Origin: an uncultured Peptoniphilaceae bacterium
GTDB lineage: Bacteria; Bacillota; Clostridia; Tissierellales; Peptoniphilaceae
Reading direction: 5' to 3'
DNA length: 64,000 nucleotides
Assembly (NCBI GenBank): GCA_964461305.1
Contig: CAYWTV010000002.1
Coordinates: 56,942 to 120,941, forward strand
Under the pieces are notes generated by a model. It saw only the letters and a program-made list of their open reading frames with translations. It was not told the DNA's origin and made no database searches. A program made the translations under genes and the position numbers. This document shows, one piece after another, positions 39,476 to 49,705 of the stretch (the stretch's first letter is position 1; every line of letters starts with the position of its first letter).

Positions 39476-40657
39476 ATGACATTACAAGAAAGATTTAAAA
39501 ACTACTTTGATAAAGTGGAAAAAGAAAATACCGAGACTCCTTTTTATAAAACATTAAGGAGAGATGAAGCATTAAAAGAATTTTCAGAAAATGAAAATGC
39601 CTTTGGAATAGTTTTATCAGATAGTATTTCTACTAAAGATGTAAAAACTACAGCGAATTCAAAAATGTTAGAAAATTACGTTCCAGCATTTGATGCAACA
39701 GTAGCGAAAAAATTAAAAGATGCAGGTGGAGTTTTACTAGGAAAAACTATAACTTTAGAATTTGGAGTTGGGGAAGCTGAAACGACTTTTGGTACTAATA
39801 TTGCAGTTGATAAAGGCGAGGATATTATAGGACTGACTATAGATTCTAAAGGTTTTATGCATTTAGGAGCATTTGAATTTGGCCTAAAAGCATTTACACC
39901 AACTTTCGGTTTAGTTTCAAGATACGGTCTTTTAGTAGTTGCATCATCAATAGATAGAATTGGTATATTAGCTAAGGATTTTAAAGAAATTCAAAAGGCT
40001 ACATCTATAATAGTTGGAAAAGATGAAAAAGACTCTTTATCTATAGAATCAACTGATGATTTTAAGGATTTAGAAGACTTAAATTTATCTAAATTAACAG
40101 TAGCAAAGTTAGATAAATTTGGTCATTTTGTTGAAGAAGCTGAATTTTTAGAAAGCTTAAATATAAATGTAGAAGAAAAAACCGTTTCGAATTTAGAATA
40201 CTCTTTACCAACTTATGAAATACTTTCTAGTGGAGAGTTTGCAACTAATATGGAAAAATATGACTCAATAGGATTTGGCCATAGAACAAATAGTTATTCC
40301 AGTTTAGATGAATTATATAAAAACTCCAGAACTGAAGGATTTGGAAGAGGCGTACAAGAAAAAATTGTATTTGGAAACTTTGTTTTAAGTGAAAACCAAT
40401 ATGAAAATTATTATGTTCAAGCTATGAAAGCAAGAACTTTAATTAGAGATAGTTTTTATAAGGTTTTAGAAGATACTGAATTTTTAATTGCACCTATTAG
40501 TTTATATTATACAGCAGGAATTAATTTATCAGGACTTCCTTCTATTTCTATACCTTATGGCAATGAGGGGATACTAATAACTACTAGGGCATTTAACGAC
40601 AAGAGATTATTAAGCTTTGCTAAAGAGCTAATAAAAGAAATGGACGGTGAAAAATAA
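39476..40657 (+). CDS. GatA-like amidase-fold protein lacking the catalytic triad (predicted glutaminase-inactive)
   Basis: 393 aa, collinear with GatA (TTANSKMLENYVPAFDATV, VSRYGL, ASSIDRIG, SRTEGFG, NLSGLPSISIP). IKDN is replaced by LSDS. The PGGSSGGSAAAVA segment is deleted (about 20 aa). DTGGSIR is replaced by DSKGFMH. Confidence 0.8.
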   Translation: MTLQERFKNYFDKVEKENTETPFYKTLRRDEALKEFSENENAFGIVLSDSISTKDVKTTANSKMLENYVPAFDATVAKKLKDAGGVLLGKTITLEFGVGEAETTFGTNIAVDKGEDIIGLTIDSKGFMHLGAFEFGLKAFTPTFGLVSRYGLLVVASSIDRIGILAKDFKEIQKATSIIVGKDEKDSLSIESTDDFKDLEDLNLSKLTVAKLDKFGHFVEEAEFLESLNINVEEKTVSNLEYSLPTYEILSSGEFATNMEKYDSIGFGHRTNSYSSLDELYKNSRTEGFGRGVQEKIVFGNFVLSENQYENYYVQAMKARTLIRDSFYKVLEDTEFLIAPISLYYTAGINLSGLPSISIPYGNEGILITTRAFNDKRLLSFAKELIKEMDGEK

Positions 40658-42081
40658 TGGCTAAAAATTATGAAACTGTCATGGGATTAGAAGTCCATGT
40701 GGAATTAAAAACTAATACAAAAATATTTTGTAATTGTTCAACAGAATTTGGTGGAGATCCTAACGAACACACCTGTCCTGTTTGTCTAGGTCTTCCAGGA
40801 GCATTACCAGTACTAAATGAAAAAGCTAAAGACTATGCAGTTATGGCTGGACTTGCAACAAATTGTGAAATTACAAGAAGGGGAAAACAAGATAGAAAAA
40901 ACTATTTTTATCCTGATTTAGGTAAAGGATATCAAATTTCCCAAGGAGATAATCCAATTTGTTATAACGGTTATTTAGATATTGAAACTTCAGAAGGTAA
41001 AAAAAGAATCAGAATTAACAGAATTCATCTAGAAGAAGATGCTGGAAAGTTAGTTCATGCTGAAGGGATAGGAAGCTTAGTAGATAATAACAGATCAAGT
41101 ATGCCCCTTGTGGAAATAGTTTCTGAACCAGATTTAAGATCTGCAGAAGAAGTTATAGCATATTTACAAAAACTTCGAGCTAACTTAACATACATTGACG
41201 TTTCAGATGCAAAAATGAACGAAGGATCTTTTAGATGTGATGTTAACTTATCAGTTAGAGAAAAAGGCTCTGATATTTTAGGAACTAGAGTAGAAATGAA
41301 AAACTTAAACTCTTTTCAATCAATTCAAAGGGCAATTGAATTCGAAGCAAATAGACAAATAAAAGCTATTGAAAATGGAGAAGAATTGTTCCAAGAAACT
41401 AGAGGGTATAATCAAGATCAAAAGAGGACATTTTCTATGAGAAGAAAAGAAAATGCCACAGATTACAGATATATGCCTGATCCTGATTTAATGCCAATTG
41501 TAGTTACAGATGAGGATATAAAAAGAATAAAAGAGTCTCTTCCAGAACTGCCAGATGCAAGAAAAGAAAGATACGTTGAAGAATACGAACTATCTAACTA
41601 CGATGCTGAAAAACTAATTTCATCAATAGAAGTTGCAAACTTTTTTGAAGAAGCAGCTAAAACTGGTGCGGATCCTAAAACTCTTGCAAATATAATAACT
41701 ACTGATATTTTTAGACTTACAAGTCCTGAAGATTTTAATGTGAATTTTGAAGCTTCTAAATTAGGAGAAATAGTTCAATATATTGAAGAAGGTAGAATAA
41801 ACCTTAGTAGTGCTAAGAAAATAATTGAAACTCTCTTTGAAGATAATACTAAATCTCCAGAGGAGATAATTTCAGAACAGGATTTAGAACAAATTAACGA
41901 TGAAAATCTCTTATCAGAAATCATTGATGAGGTATTAGTTAAAAATCAAAAGGCTGTTGAAGAGTATAAATCTGGAAAGGAAAAGGCAATTCAATCTATA
42001 ATTGGTCAAATTATGGGAAAAACTAAAGGAAAAGCCAACCCTTCTTTGACAATAGATATTATAAAGAAAAAAATCAAATAA
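40657..42081 (+). CDS. gatB: Asp-tRNA(Asn)/Glu-tRNA(Gln) amidotransferase subunit B
   Basis: 474 aa with GLEVHVELKT, CPVCLGLPGALPVLN, DRKNYFYPDLGKGYQISQ, HLEEDAGK and a YqeY-like tail. The start overlaps the upstream stop (TAATG). Confidence 0.95.
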   Translation: MAKNYETVMGLEVHVELKTNTKIFCNCSTEFGGDPNEHTCPVCLGLPGALPVLNEKAKDYAVMAGLATNCEITRRGKQDRKNYFYPDLGKGYQISQGDNPICYNGYLDIETSEGKKRIRINRIHLEEDAGKLVHAEGIGSLVDNNRSSMPLVEIVSEPDLRSAEEVIAYLQKLRANLTYIDVSDAKMNEGSFRCDVNLSVREKGSDILGTRVEMKNLNSFQSIQRAIEFEANRQIKAIENGEELFQETRGYNQDQKRTFSMRRKENATDYRYMPDPDLMPIVVTDEDIKRIKESLPELPDARKERYVEEYELSNYDAEKLISSIEVANFFEEAAKTGADPKTLANIITTDIFRLTSPEDFNVNFEASKLGEIVQYIEEGRINLSSAKKIIETLFEDNTKSPEEIISEQDLEQINDENLLSEIIDEVLVKNQKAVEEYKSGKEKAIQSIIGQIMGKTKGKANPSLTIDIIKKKIK

Positions 42082-42091
42082 AATATATTCA

Positions 42092-42130
42092 AATAGTAGT
42101 TTTAGTAAGCCTAGAACTACTATTGTGTTT
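42092..42130 (+). terminator. Intrinsic terminator after gatB
   Basis: 14-bp stem AATAGTAGTTTTAG / CTAGAACTACTATT, then GTGTTTT. Confidence 0.7.
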
Positions 42131-42229
42131 TAATTATAGAAAAAAAGTTAGTGGATATTTAAAATACCTTAAATTTTTTTAAAAATGTGTTAATATATAT
42201 AGTATAGATTTTAGGTATAGGGAGGCAAA

Positions 42230-44641
42230 ATGAAAGAATATAATCACAAAGAAGTAGAGAAAAAGTGGCAAGAAAAGTGGGACAATGAAAAAACTTTTCA
42301 CTGTGAAATAGATACATCAAAGGAAAAATTCTATGCATTAGTAGAATTTCCATATCCATCAGGAGACGGGCTCCATGTAGGTCACGCAAGACCGTATACG
42401 GCACTAGACATTATATCCAGGAAGAAAAGATTAGAAGGTTATAATGTATTGTATCCTATGGGATGGGATGCTTTTGGATTGCCTACGGAAAACTATGCCA
42501 TAAAAACAGGAATACATCCTAAAATAGTTACTAAAAAAAATGTTGCTAATTTCAAATCCCAATTAAAATCAATCGGTTTTTCCTTTGATTGGGACAGGGA
42601 AATTAATACTACAGATCCAGAGTATTATAAATGGACACAGTGGATATTTATAAAACTCTTTGAAAAAGGTTTAGCTTATAAAAAGGAAATGCCAATAAAT
42701 TGGTGCCCATCTTGTTTAGTTGGTCTTGCAAATGAAGAGGTTATTCAAGGAACCTGTGAAAGATGTGGTTCTGAAGTAGAGCAAAAAGTTAGAAGTCAGT
42801 GGATGCTTTCTATTACTAAATATGCAGATAGATTGTTAAATGATTTGTCTGAGGTAGATTATTTTAATAGAATTAAAGCTCAACAAGAAAACTGGATTGG
42901 AAAATCAGTTGGGGCAGAACTTGAATTTAAAATTAAGGACAAAGAAGATTCTTTAAAGGTATTTACTACTAGACCAGATACAATTTATGGAGCAACTTAT
43001 ATGGTAATAGCTCCAGAACACGATATTATAAATAAATATTCTCATATTATAAAAAATGTGGACGAAATAGAAGAATATAAACACAAAGCATCTCACCTTT
43101 CTGAATTTGAAAGAACAGAACTTGTAAAAGAAAAAACAGGTGTTGAAATCCAAGGTTTAAAGGCTATTAATCCATTTAATCAAAAGGAAATGCCAATTTG
43201 GATATCAGACTATGTACTTTCCACTTATGGAACTGGAGCTATTATGGCAGTACCAGGTCATGACGAAAGGGACTACGAATTTGCTAAAAAGTTTAATTTA
43301 GAAATTATACAAGTTGTTGATGGAGGAGATATTAAGGAAAGTGCTTATACTGATATTGAATCTGGAAAGATGATAAATTCTGATATATTAAATGGACTAT
43401 CCGTTCAAGATGCTATAGATAAAGCAATTGAATATGCTGTTGAGAATAATTTTGGAAAAAAACAAATCAACTTTAAGTTAAGAGACTGGGTATTTTCTAG
43501 ACAAAGATATTGGGGAGAACCAATTCCAATTGTTCATTGCGAAGAATGTGGATATGTTCCAGTTCCTGAAAGTGAATTACCTTTAACTTTACCTGAGGTT
43601 GAAACTTACGAACCATCAAAAGACGGTAGTTCTCCACTTTCTAAAATGGACGATTGGGTAAATACAACTTGTCCAAAATGTAATAAACCAGCTAAAAGAG
43701 AAACCGACACTATGCCTCAATGGGCAGGTTCTTCTTGGTATTTTATGAGATATATTGATCCTCACAATGATAATGAATTAGCCTCAAAGGATGCACTAGA
43801 TTATTGGTTAAGTGTAGATTGGTATAATGGAGGAATGGAACATACAACTCTTCATTTACTTTATTCTAGATTTTGGTATAAGTTTTTATACGATATTGGA
43901 GTTGCTCCTACGAAAGAACCTTATAAAAAAAGAACATCCCACGGTATGATTTTAGGTTCTGATGGTGGAAAAATGAGTAAATCCAGAGGAAATGTATTAA
44001 ATCCAAACGATATTGTAGATGAATATGGAGCTGATACCTTAAGAACTTATGAAATGTTTATGGGAGACTTTGAAAAAAGTGCGCCATGGTCTACAGAAAG
44101 TTTAATAGGCACTAGGAGATTTTTAGATAGAGTTTGGAATTTACAAAATATTTTAGTTCCTGGAGATGAATATTCAAAGGAATTTGAAGTTGATTTTCAT
44201 CAAAGTATTAAAAAGGTAACTGAAGATTATGAATCTTTAAAATTTAATACTGCAATTGCTCAACTAATGACTTTGCAAAATCTTTTGAATAAAAAAGGAG
44301 AAGTAAATCATAAAGAGTTTAAAACTTATTTAACTTTATTAAATCCTGTAGCACCACATATTACAGAAGAAATATGGAGCTTAAATGATTTTGAAGGAGA
44401 AATATCTTCTCAAAAATGGCCTGAATATATAGAAGAAAAAACAAAAAGAGATGAAGTGGAATATCCAGTTCAACTTAATGGTAAGGTTAAAATGAAAATT
44501 ACTGCTCCAAGGAATGCAACCCAAGAAGAAGTAAAAAAATTAGTTTACAACTCTGATGAGGGTAAGGAATTATTCAAAGGAAAAGAAATAATAAAAGAAA
44601 TATTTGTACCTGGTAAAATATTCAATGTAGTGGTAAAATAA
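42230..44641 (+). CDS. leuS: Leucine--tRNA ligase
   Basis: 803 aa with the HIGH-type [14 protein letters not shown] and the CP1 editing domain. Confidence 0.97.
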   Translation: MKEYNHKEVEKKWQEKWDNEKTFHCEIDTSKEKFYALVEFPYPSGDGLHVGHARPYTALDIISRKKRLEGYNVLYPMGWDAFGLPTENYAIKTGIHPKIVTKKNVANFKSQLKSIGFSFDWDREINTTDPEYYKWTQWIFIKLFEKGLAYKKEMPINWCPSCLVGLANEEVIQGTCERCGSEVEQKVRSQWMLSITKYADRLLNDLSEVDYFNRIKAQQENWIGKSVGAELEFKIKDKEDSLKVFTTRPDTIYGATYMVIAPEHDIINKYSHIIKNVDEIEEYKHKASHLSEFERTELVKEKTGVEIQGLKAINPFNQKEMPIWISDYVLSTYGTGAIMAVPGHDERDYEFAKKFNLEIIQVVDGGDIKESAYTDIESGKMINSDILNGLSVQDAIDKAIEYAVENNFGKKQINFKLRDWVFSRQRYWGEPIPIVHCEECGYVPVPESELPLTLPEVETYEPSKDGSSPLSKMDDWVNTTCPKCNKPAKRETDTMPQWAGSSWYFMRYIDPHNDNELASKDALDYWLSVDWYNGGMEHTTLHLLYSRFWYKFLYDIGVAPTKEPYKKRTSHGMILGSDGGKMSKSRGNVLNPNDIVDEYGADTLRTYEMFMGDFEKSAPWSTESLIGTRRFLDRVWNLQNILVPGDEYSKEFEVDFHQSIKKVTEDYESLKFNTAIAQLMTLQNLLNKKGEVNHKEFKTYLTLLNPVAPHITEEIWSLNDFEGEISSQKWPEYIEEKTKRDEVEYPVQLNGKVKMKITAPRNATQEEVKKLVYNSDEGKELFKGKEIIKEIFVPGKIFNVVVK

Positions 44642-44645
44642 ATAT

Positions 44646-44681
44646 ATAAGGGAGTAAACAAGAGTTTATTCCCTTATTTTT
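44646..44681 (+). terminator. Intrinsic terminator after leuS
   Basis: ATAAGGGAGTAAAC / GTTTATTCCCTTAT stem, followed by TTTT. Confidence 0.8.
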
Positions 44682-44730
44682 AGGGTAATATCATAGTAGT
44701 CCACTAGGAATTAAAAAAGGGGGAAAATGT

Positions 44731-47286
44731 ATGAAAAAACAGTATATTGTTGACGGAATGACTTGTGCTTCATGTGTAAGTGCGGTTGAAAAATCCGTGT
44801 CGAAAATTGACGGAGTGGATTCCGTTGAAGTAAATTTATTGACTAAATCCATGGCAGTAGATTTTGATGAGTCAAAAACTGATAATATAGATATACTTAA
44901 TGCAGTAAAAAAAGCTGGTTACAAGGCTAAATCAAAGGAAGAAAACGTAGAAAACAAATCTAGTTTAGATAATACAGATATTTATAAAGAAGAATTAGAA
45001 GACAAATCCTTTAGATTAAAGGTATCAATAGGATTATTAATTCCTTTAATGTATATATCAATGGGACCTATGATTGGAATACCAATTCCTGGATTTTTAG
45101 ACGGAATGGATAACTCTTTAATGAATATATTTGTTCAATTACTATTAACTACACCTATTTTAATAGTAAATAGAGCATATTTTACAAATGGGTTCAAATC
45201 ACTTTTAAATAAAACTCCAAATATGGATTCACTAATCGCTATTGGTAGTGGAGCCAGTTATCTTTATGGAATTTATGTCATTATGATGTTGATTATAGGA
45301 TTTAGAGATCAAAATACAGAATTAATACATTCCTATCACCATGAAGTTTATTTTGAATCGGCAGCGACAATACTTACTTTAATTACTTTAGGTAAGTATT
45401 TTGAGGCAAAATCAAAAAGAAGAACATCAAATGCTATTACTAAACTTATGGACTTAGCTCCAAAAAAAGCTAGGGTATTAAGAGACAATAGTGAAGTAGA
45501 AATAGATGTATCTGAAATAGTACTTGGAGATATAGTCGTTGTTAGACCTGGAGAGAGAATTCCTGCTGATGGAATCGTAGTAAATGGGTCTAGCTCAGTA
45601 GATCAATCTATATTAACAGGAGAGAGTATACCTGTTACTAAAGAAGTGGGAGATGAAGTGTTTACCGCCACTATAAACAATAACGGATCTATTAATATTG
45701 AAGTAAATAAATCCCAAGAAAACTCTACTCTTTCTCAAATTATAAAATTAGTAGAAAACGCAAGTGCATCAAAGGCCCCAATATCCAAATTAGCAGATAA
45801 AATCGCAGGGGTATTCGTACCTATTGTCATAGTTATTGCAATATTAACTGGAGTTTATTGGACATATATGGGTGCTGGTTTTGAATTTGCTATGACTATG
45901 GCAGTGGCAGTATTAGTAATTTCTTGTCCTTGTGCTTTAGGTTTAGCTACACCTGTTGCCATAATGGTAGGTACTGGTAAAGGAGCGAATTTTGGAGTTT
46001 TAATAAAATCAGCTGAAACTTTAGAAACTCTAGATAAAATAGATACTATAGTTTTAGATAAAACTGGAACTATAACTCATGGTAAGCCATTTGTAACAGA
46101 TATTATATCTATAAAGGCTACTGTAGAACAATTAATAAACTTAGCTTATGCAATGGAAGTAAAATCTGAACATCCACTAGCTGAAGCAATAGTAAATAGT
46201 ACTAAAGAAACTAAGACTTATGATCTTGAAACTGAAAATTTTGAAGCTATACCTGGAGTTGGAATAAAAACTACAATTAGTGGAAAAGAATATTATGCAG
46301 GAAATAAAAAAATATTAGACAAATTGAATATACATTCGCCAAAAGTTGAAGAAGAATCTAATAGATTAGCAAAAGAAGGAAAAACTCCAATGTATTTTGC
46401 AGATAAAGATTCTATATTAGGAATTATAGCTGCTGCTGATGTAGTTAAACCTACAAGTAAAGAAGCTATAAAGAAATTACAAGATGAAGGATTAAAAGTT
46501 ATTATGTTAACTGGAGATAATGAGTTAACTGCAAAATCCATCGCTAGAGAAATTGGAATTAAATATGTAATTGCCGATGTTTTACCTCAAAACAAAGAAG
46601 AGGCAATTAATAAAGTCCAAGGAGATGGTGAAAAAGTAATAATGGTAGGAGATGGAATTAACGATGCTCCAGCTCTTGCTAAATCAGATATAGGTATTGC
46701 CATTGGTGCAGGAACTGATGTTGCCATCGAATCTGCTGATGTAGTATTAATGAAAAATAATTTATTAGATGTATCTAATGCAATAAACTTAGGAAAAGCT
46801 ACAATGAAAAATATCAAACAAAATTTATTTTGGGCATTTTTCTATAATGTATTGGGAATACCAATAGCTGCAGGATTATTCTACACAGCTTTTGGAGTTA
46901 GAATGTCTCCTATGATAGCTGCTGGTGCAATGAGTTTAAGTTCACTTTTTGTAGTTGGAAATGCTCTTAGACTTAATAACTTTAAACCATTTGAAACAAA
47001 CACTATAGACCAAGTGGACAATTCAGATATTCACATTGAGAAAAAATCTTTAGATGCAGATTATAAGGATAAAAAAATAATTTCTAAAGAAATTGATATT
47101 TCTGGAATGACTTGTAATCATTGTGTTTCAAGGGTAGAAGAAGCACTTAATTCTTTAGATGGAGTAAATTCTAAGGTGGATTTAGAAAATAATAAAGCCT
47201 ATATTAAATCTAGTATAGATTATGACAATAAAACTTTAATAGATGTTATAAAAGACGCTGGATATGAAGTAGTAAATATTCATTAA
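44731..47286 (+). CDS. copA: Copper-translocating P1B-type ATPase with both N-terminal and C-terminal HMA domains
   Basis: 851 aa with GMTCASC (N-terminal HMA), CPC in TM6, [13 protein letters not shown], and a second HMA GMTCNHC at residues about 784-851. Confidence 0.93.
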   Translation: MKKQYIVDGMTCASCVSAVEKSVSKIDGVDSVEVNLLTKSMAVDFDESKTDNIDILNAVKKAGYKAKSKEENVENKSSLDNTDIYKEELEDKSFRLKVSIGLLIPLMYISMGPMIGIPIPGFLDGMDNSLMNIFVQLLLTTPILIVNRAYFTNGFKSLLNKTPNMDSLIAIGSGASYLYGIYVIMMLIIGFRDQNTELIHSYHHEVYFESAATILTLITLGKYFEAKSKRRTSNAITKLMDLAPKKARVLRDNSEVEIDVSEIVLGDIVVVRPGERIPADGIVVNGSSSVDQSILTGESIPVTKEVGDEVFTATINNNGSINIEVNKSQENSTLSQIIKLVENASASKAPISKLADKIAGVFVPIVIVIAILTGVYWTYMGAGFEFAMTMAVAVLVISCPCALGLATPVAIMVGTGKGANFGVLIKSAETLETLDKIDTIVLDKTGTITHGKPFVTDIISIKATVEQLINLAYAMEVKSEHPLAEAIVNSTKETKTYDLETENFEAIPGVGIKTTISGKEYYAGNKKILDKLNIHSPKVEEESNRLAKEGKTPMYFADKDSILGIIAAADVVKPTSKEAIKKLQDEGLKVIMLTGDNELTAKSIAREIGIKYVIADVLPQNKEEAINKVQGDGEKVIMVGDGINDAPALAKSDIGIAIGAGTDVAIESADVVLMKNNLLDVSNAINLGKATMKNIKQNLFWAFFYNVLGIPIAAGLFYTAFGVRMSPMIAAGAMSLSSLFVVGNALRLNNFKPFETNTIDQVDNSDIHIEKKSLDADYKDKKIISKEIDISGMTCNHCVSRVEEALNSLDGVNSKVDLENNKAYIKSSIDYDNKTLIDVIKDAGYEVVNIH

Positions 47287-47324
47287 AAATATACATTGAA
47301 TTTTAATGATATATTTGATATAAA

Positions 47325-47356
47325 AAGAGTGGAGATAATATTACTCCACTCTTTAT
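47325..47356 (+). terminator. Intrinsic terminator after copA
   Basis: AAGAGTGGAG / CTCCACTCTT stem with a T-rich tail. Confidence 0.8.
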
Positions 47357-47423
47357 ATATAATGAATATGTGATATACATATGTTATAATGAATTATTGA
47401 ATAATTTGAATGGGGGATTACAG

Positions 47424-48704
47424 TTGGAAAAACTGATTATTGAAAATAGTGGAAAATTAAATGGGAAAATTCGAGTTAGTGGAGCTAAAAATGCAAGTTT
47501 ACCTATACTTGCCGCAACTTTACTTGGCACGGAAGATATTTTTTTAGAAGATGTACCAAAATTAAAAGATGTGGAAATAATTTGCGATGTATTAAGGGCT
47601 TTAGGTGCTACAGTGGAAGATCTTGGAGAAGGATCTTATAGAATAAATTCTAAAAATATTAACACTTATGAAACTAAATATGAATTAATGAGCAAAATGA
47701 GAGCTTCTTTTTTAGTAATGGGACCATTACTTGGAAGAATGAAAAAAGCTAAAAACTCTTTACCTGGAGGATGTACAATTGGAGCTAGACCTATAGATTT
47801 ACATTTAAAAGGTTTTAGAGCCTTAGGAGTAGAGTGTGAAGAACATTATGGAGAATCTGAAGATGGGGAAGATTCCTATATTTTAGCCCATACTGAAAAA
47901 TTAGTGGGAAATAAAGTTTATCTAGACTTCCCATCAGTAGGTGCAACAGAAAATATAATGATGGCTGCAGTTTTAGCTGAAGGAAGAACTGTTATAGAAA
48001 ATGCAGCTATGGAACCAGAAATAGTTGATTTATCAAATTTTTTAAGAAAATTAGGTGGCAAAATAAAAGGTGCTGGAACTAATACAATTATAATCGATGG
48101 AGTTGAAAAACTTTATGGAGCTAGACATCAAATCATACCTGATCGAATAGAAGCAGGTACTTTTATGATTGCTTCTGCAATAACAGGAGGAGATGTTATA
48201 GTTGAAAATGTAATAACAGATCACTTAAGACCAGTAATTTCTAAGTTGGAGGAAGCAGGTTGTGTTATTGAAGAAAATGGAGACCAAGTTAGGGTAATTG
48301 GACCAGAAAAGTTAAAAAACATTGATATTAAAACTCTACCTTACCCAGGATTTCCTACAGATATGCAAGCCCAATTTATGGCCATGATGACACAATGTGA
48401 AAATACTAATATAGTAATAGAAACTGTCTTTGAAAATAGATTTATGCACGTTGATGAATTTAAGAGAATGGGTGCTAGTATAACAATTAATGACAGATCT
48501 GCAATAATTAACGGCGGATCAAAATTAGTGGGAAATAAAGTTTATGCCACTGATTTAAGATGTGGAGCAGCTTTAATACTAGCAGGTTTTGTAGCTGAAG
48601 GAGAAACTGAAATTTACAATATTTATCACATCGACAGAGGTTATGAAAATATTGAAAATAAATTAAGGGGAATCGGAGCTAAAATCAGAAGAGAAATAGA
48701 TTAA
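47424..48704 (+). CDS. murA: UDP-N-acetylglucosamine 1-carboxyvinyltransferase
   Basis: LEKLIIENSGKLNGKIRVSGAKNASLPILAA. Active-site loop LPGGCTIGARPIDLH. TTG at 47424 follows the RBS GGGGGA. The ORF-track start 47370 adds 18 unlikely residues. Confidence 0.92.
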   Translation: MEKLIIENSGKLNGKIRVSGAKNASLPILAATLLGTEDIFLEDVPKLKDVEIICDVLRALGATVEDLGEGSYRINSKNINTYETKYELMSKMRASFLVMGPLLGRMKKAKNSLPGGCTIGARPIDLHLKGFRALGVECEEHYGESEDGEDSYILAHTEKLVGNKVYLDFPSVGATENIMMAAVLAEGRTVIENAAMEPEIVDLSNFLRKLGGKIKGAGTNTIIIDGVEKLYGARHQIIPDRIEAGTFMIASAITGGDVIVENVITDHLRPVISKLEEAGCVIEENGDQVRVIGPEKLKNIDIKTLPYPGFPTDMQAQFMAMMTQCENTNIVIETVFENRFMHVDEFKRMGASITINDRSAIINGGSKLVGNKVYATDLRCGAALILAGFVAEGETEIYNIYHIDRGYENIENKLRGIGAKIRREID

Positions 48705-48710
48705 TTTTTT

Positions 48711-48740
48711 AGGCTATATTCGAAAGAGTATAGCTTTTTT
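48711..48740 (+). terminator. Intrinsic terminator after murA
   Basis: AGGCTATA / TATAGCTT stem, followed by TTTTTT. Confidence 0.6.
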
Positions 48741-48793
48741 GATTATAAAAATTATATGGATTATAATACTTATTATTAAAAGGGAGGCATTTT

Positions 48794-49666
48794 ATGATTA
48801 TTGAAAAGACAAATATTATATTTAATATGAACAAAGACAATGAACCTGTTATGAAATGTAGTAGTGGAGATGAGGTAGTTTTTAAAACATGTGATTGTTT
48901 TAGTGATACTATAAAAAGTGAAAAAGATTTAGTAAGTGGGATTGATTTTGAAAGAGTAAATCCAGCTACAGGTCCTTTATATATTAAGGAAGCTAATGTA
49001 GGAGATGTTTTAAAAGTAACAATAAACAGTATAAAATTAGATAATAAGGGAGTAGTTGTAACAGCTTCAGGCTTAGGAAGACTAAAGTCTCATATTAAAG
49101 ATGAGGAAACTGTTGTTTGTAATATAGAAGGAAACTATTTAAATTATAAAGGCATAAAAATACCCCTTAGAAAGATGATTGGAGTTCTTGGAGTTTCTCC
49201 TAAAAATGATAAGATTTCAACTGGTAATCCTTATGATCACGGTGGGAATTTAGATTGTATAGAGGTTACAGAAGGATCTAGTATTTATCTGCCAGTTAAT
49301 GTTAAAGGAGCTTTACTTTCCTTAGGAGATTTACACGCTACTATGGGTGATGGAGAAATAATGGGTAGCGGATTAGAAATTTCTGGAGAAGTTGAAGTAA
49401 AAGTTGAAGTTTTAAAGGATTTTGATTTTAATCTTCCTATTATTGAAACTAAAGATAAATGGATAACTTTAGGCTCAAGGGAAACTATGGAAGAGGCTAG
49501 CGATTTGGCAATTTGTAATATGGCAGATTTAATTATGAAAAAATCTAATTTTTCATTAAACCAAGCTGGAATGTTAATATCTTTAGCAGGTGATTTAAGG
49601 GTTTGTCAGATGGTCAATCCTCATATAACAATGAGAGTAGAAATAAGTAAAGATATAATCAATTAA
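48794..49666 (+). CDS. Acetamidase/formamidase family protein
   Basis: 290 aa with NPATGPLYIKEANVGDVL and GDLHATMGDGEI, typical of the FmdA/AmdA family. Confidence 0.8.
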   Translation: MIIEKTNIIFNMNKDNEPVMKCSSGDEVVFKTCDCFSDTIKSEKDLVSGIDFERVNPATGPLYIKEANVGDVLKVTINSIKLDNKGVVVTASGLGRLKSHIKDEETVVCNIEGNYLNYKGIKIPLRKMIGVLGVSPKNDKISTGNPYDHGGNLDCIEVTEGSSIYLPVNVKGALLSLGDLHATMGDGEIMGSGLEISGEVEVKVEVLKDFDFNLPIIETKDKWITLGSRETMEEASDLAICNMADLIMKKSNFSLNQAGMLISLAGDLRVCQMVNPHITMRVEISKDIIN

Positions 49667-49701
49667 AAAAACCTTTAGCGATAGTTTCGCTAAAGGTTTT
49701 T
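49666..49701. terminator. Bidirectional terminator between convergent genes
   Basis: AAAAACCTTTAGCG / CGCTAAAGGTTTTT stem. Confidence 0.8.
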
Positions 49702-49705
49702 GTCT

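Noticed and set aside
39476-40657. GatA-like gene as a simple decaying pseudogene
   Set aside because: The frame is open for 393 codons with a good RBS context and stop/start coupling to gatB. Non-catalytic GatA motifs are well conserved. I therefore report it as a likely pseudo-enzyme rather than a pseudogene.
42131-42229. Expected T-box leader upstream of leuS (and of alaS at 1104)
   Set aside because: The intergenic space is under 150 nt with no GGTGGTACC-type T-box sequence. alaS overlaps the upstream gene. No leader is present.
44682-44730. CsoR/CopY-type operator upstream of copA
   Set aside because: There is no TACAnnTGTA box or GC-rich CsoR palindrome. TAGTAGTCCACTAGG is not a real inverted repeat.
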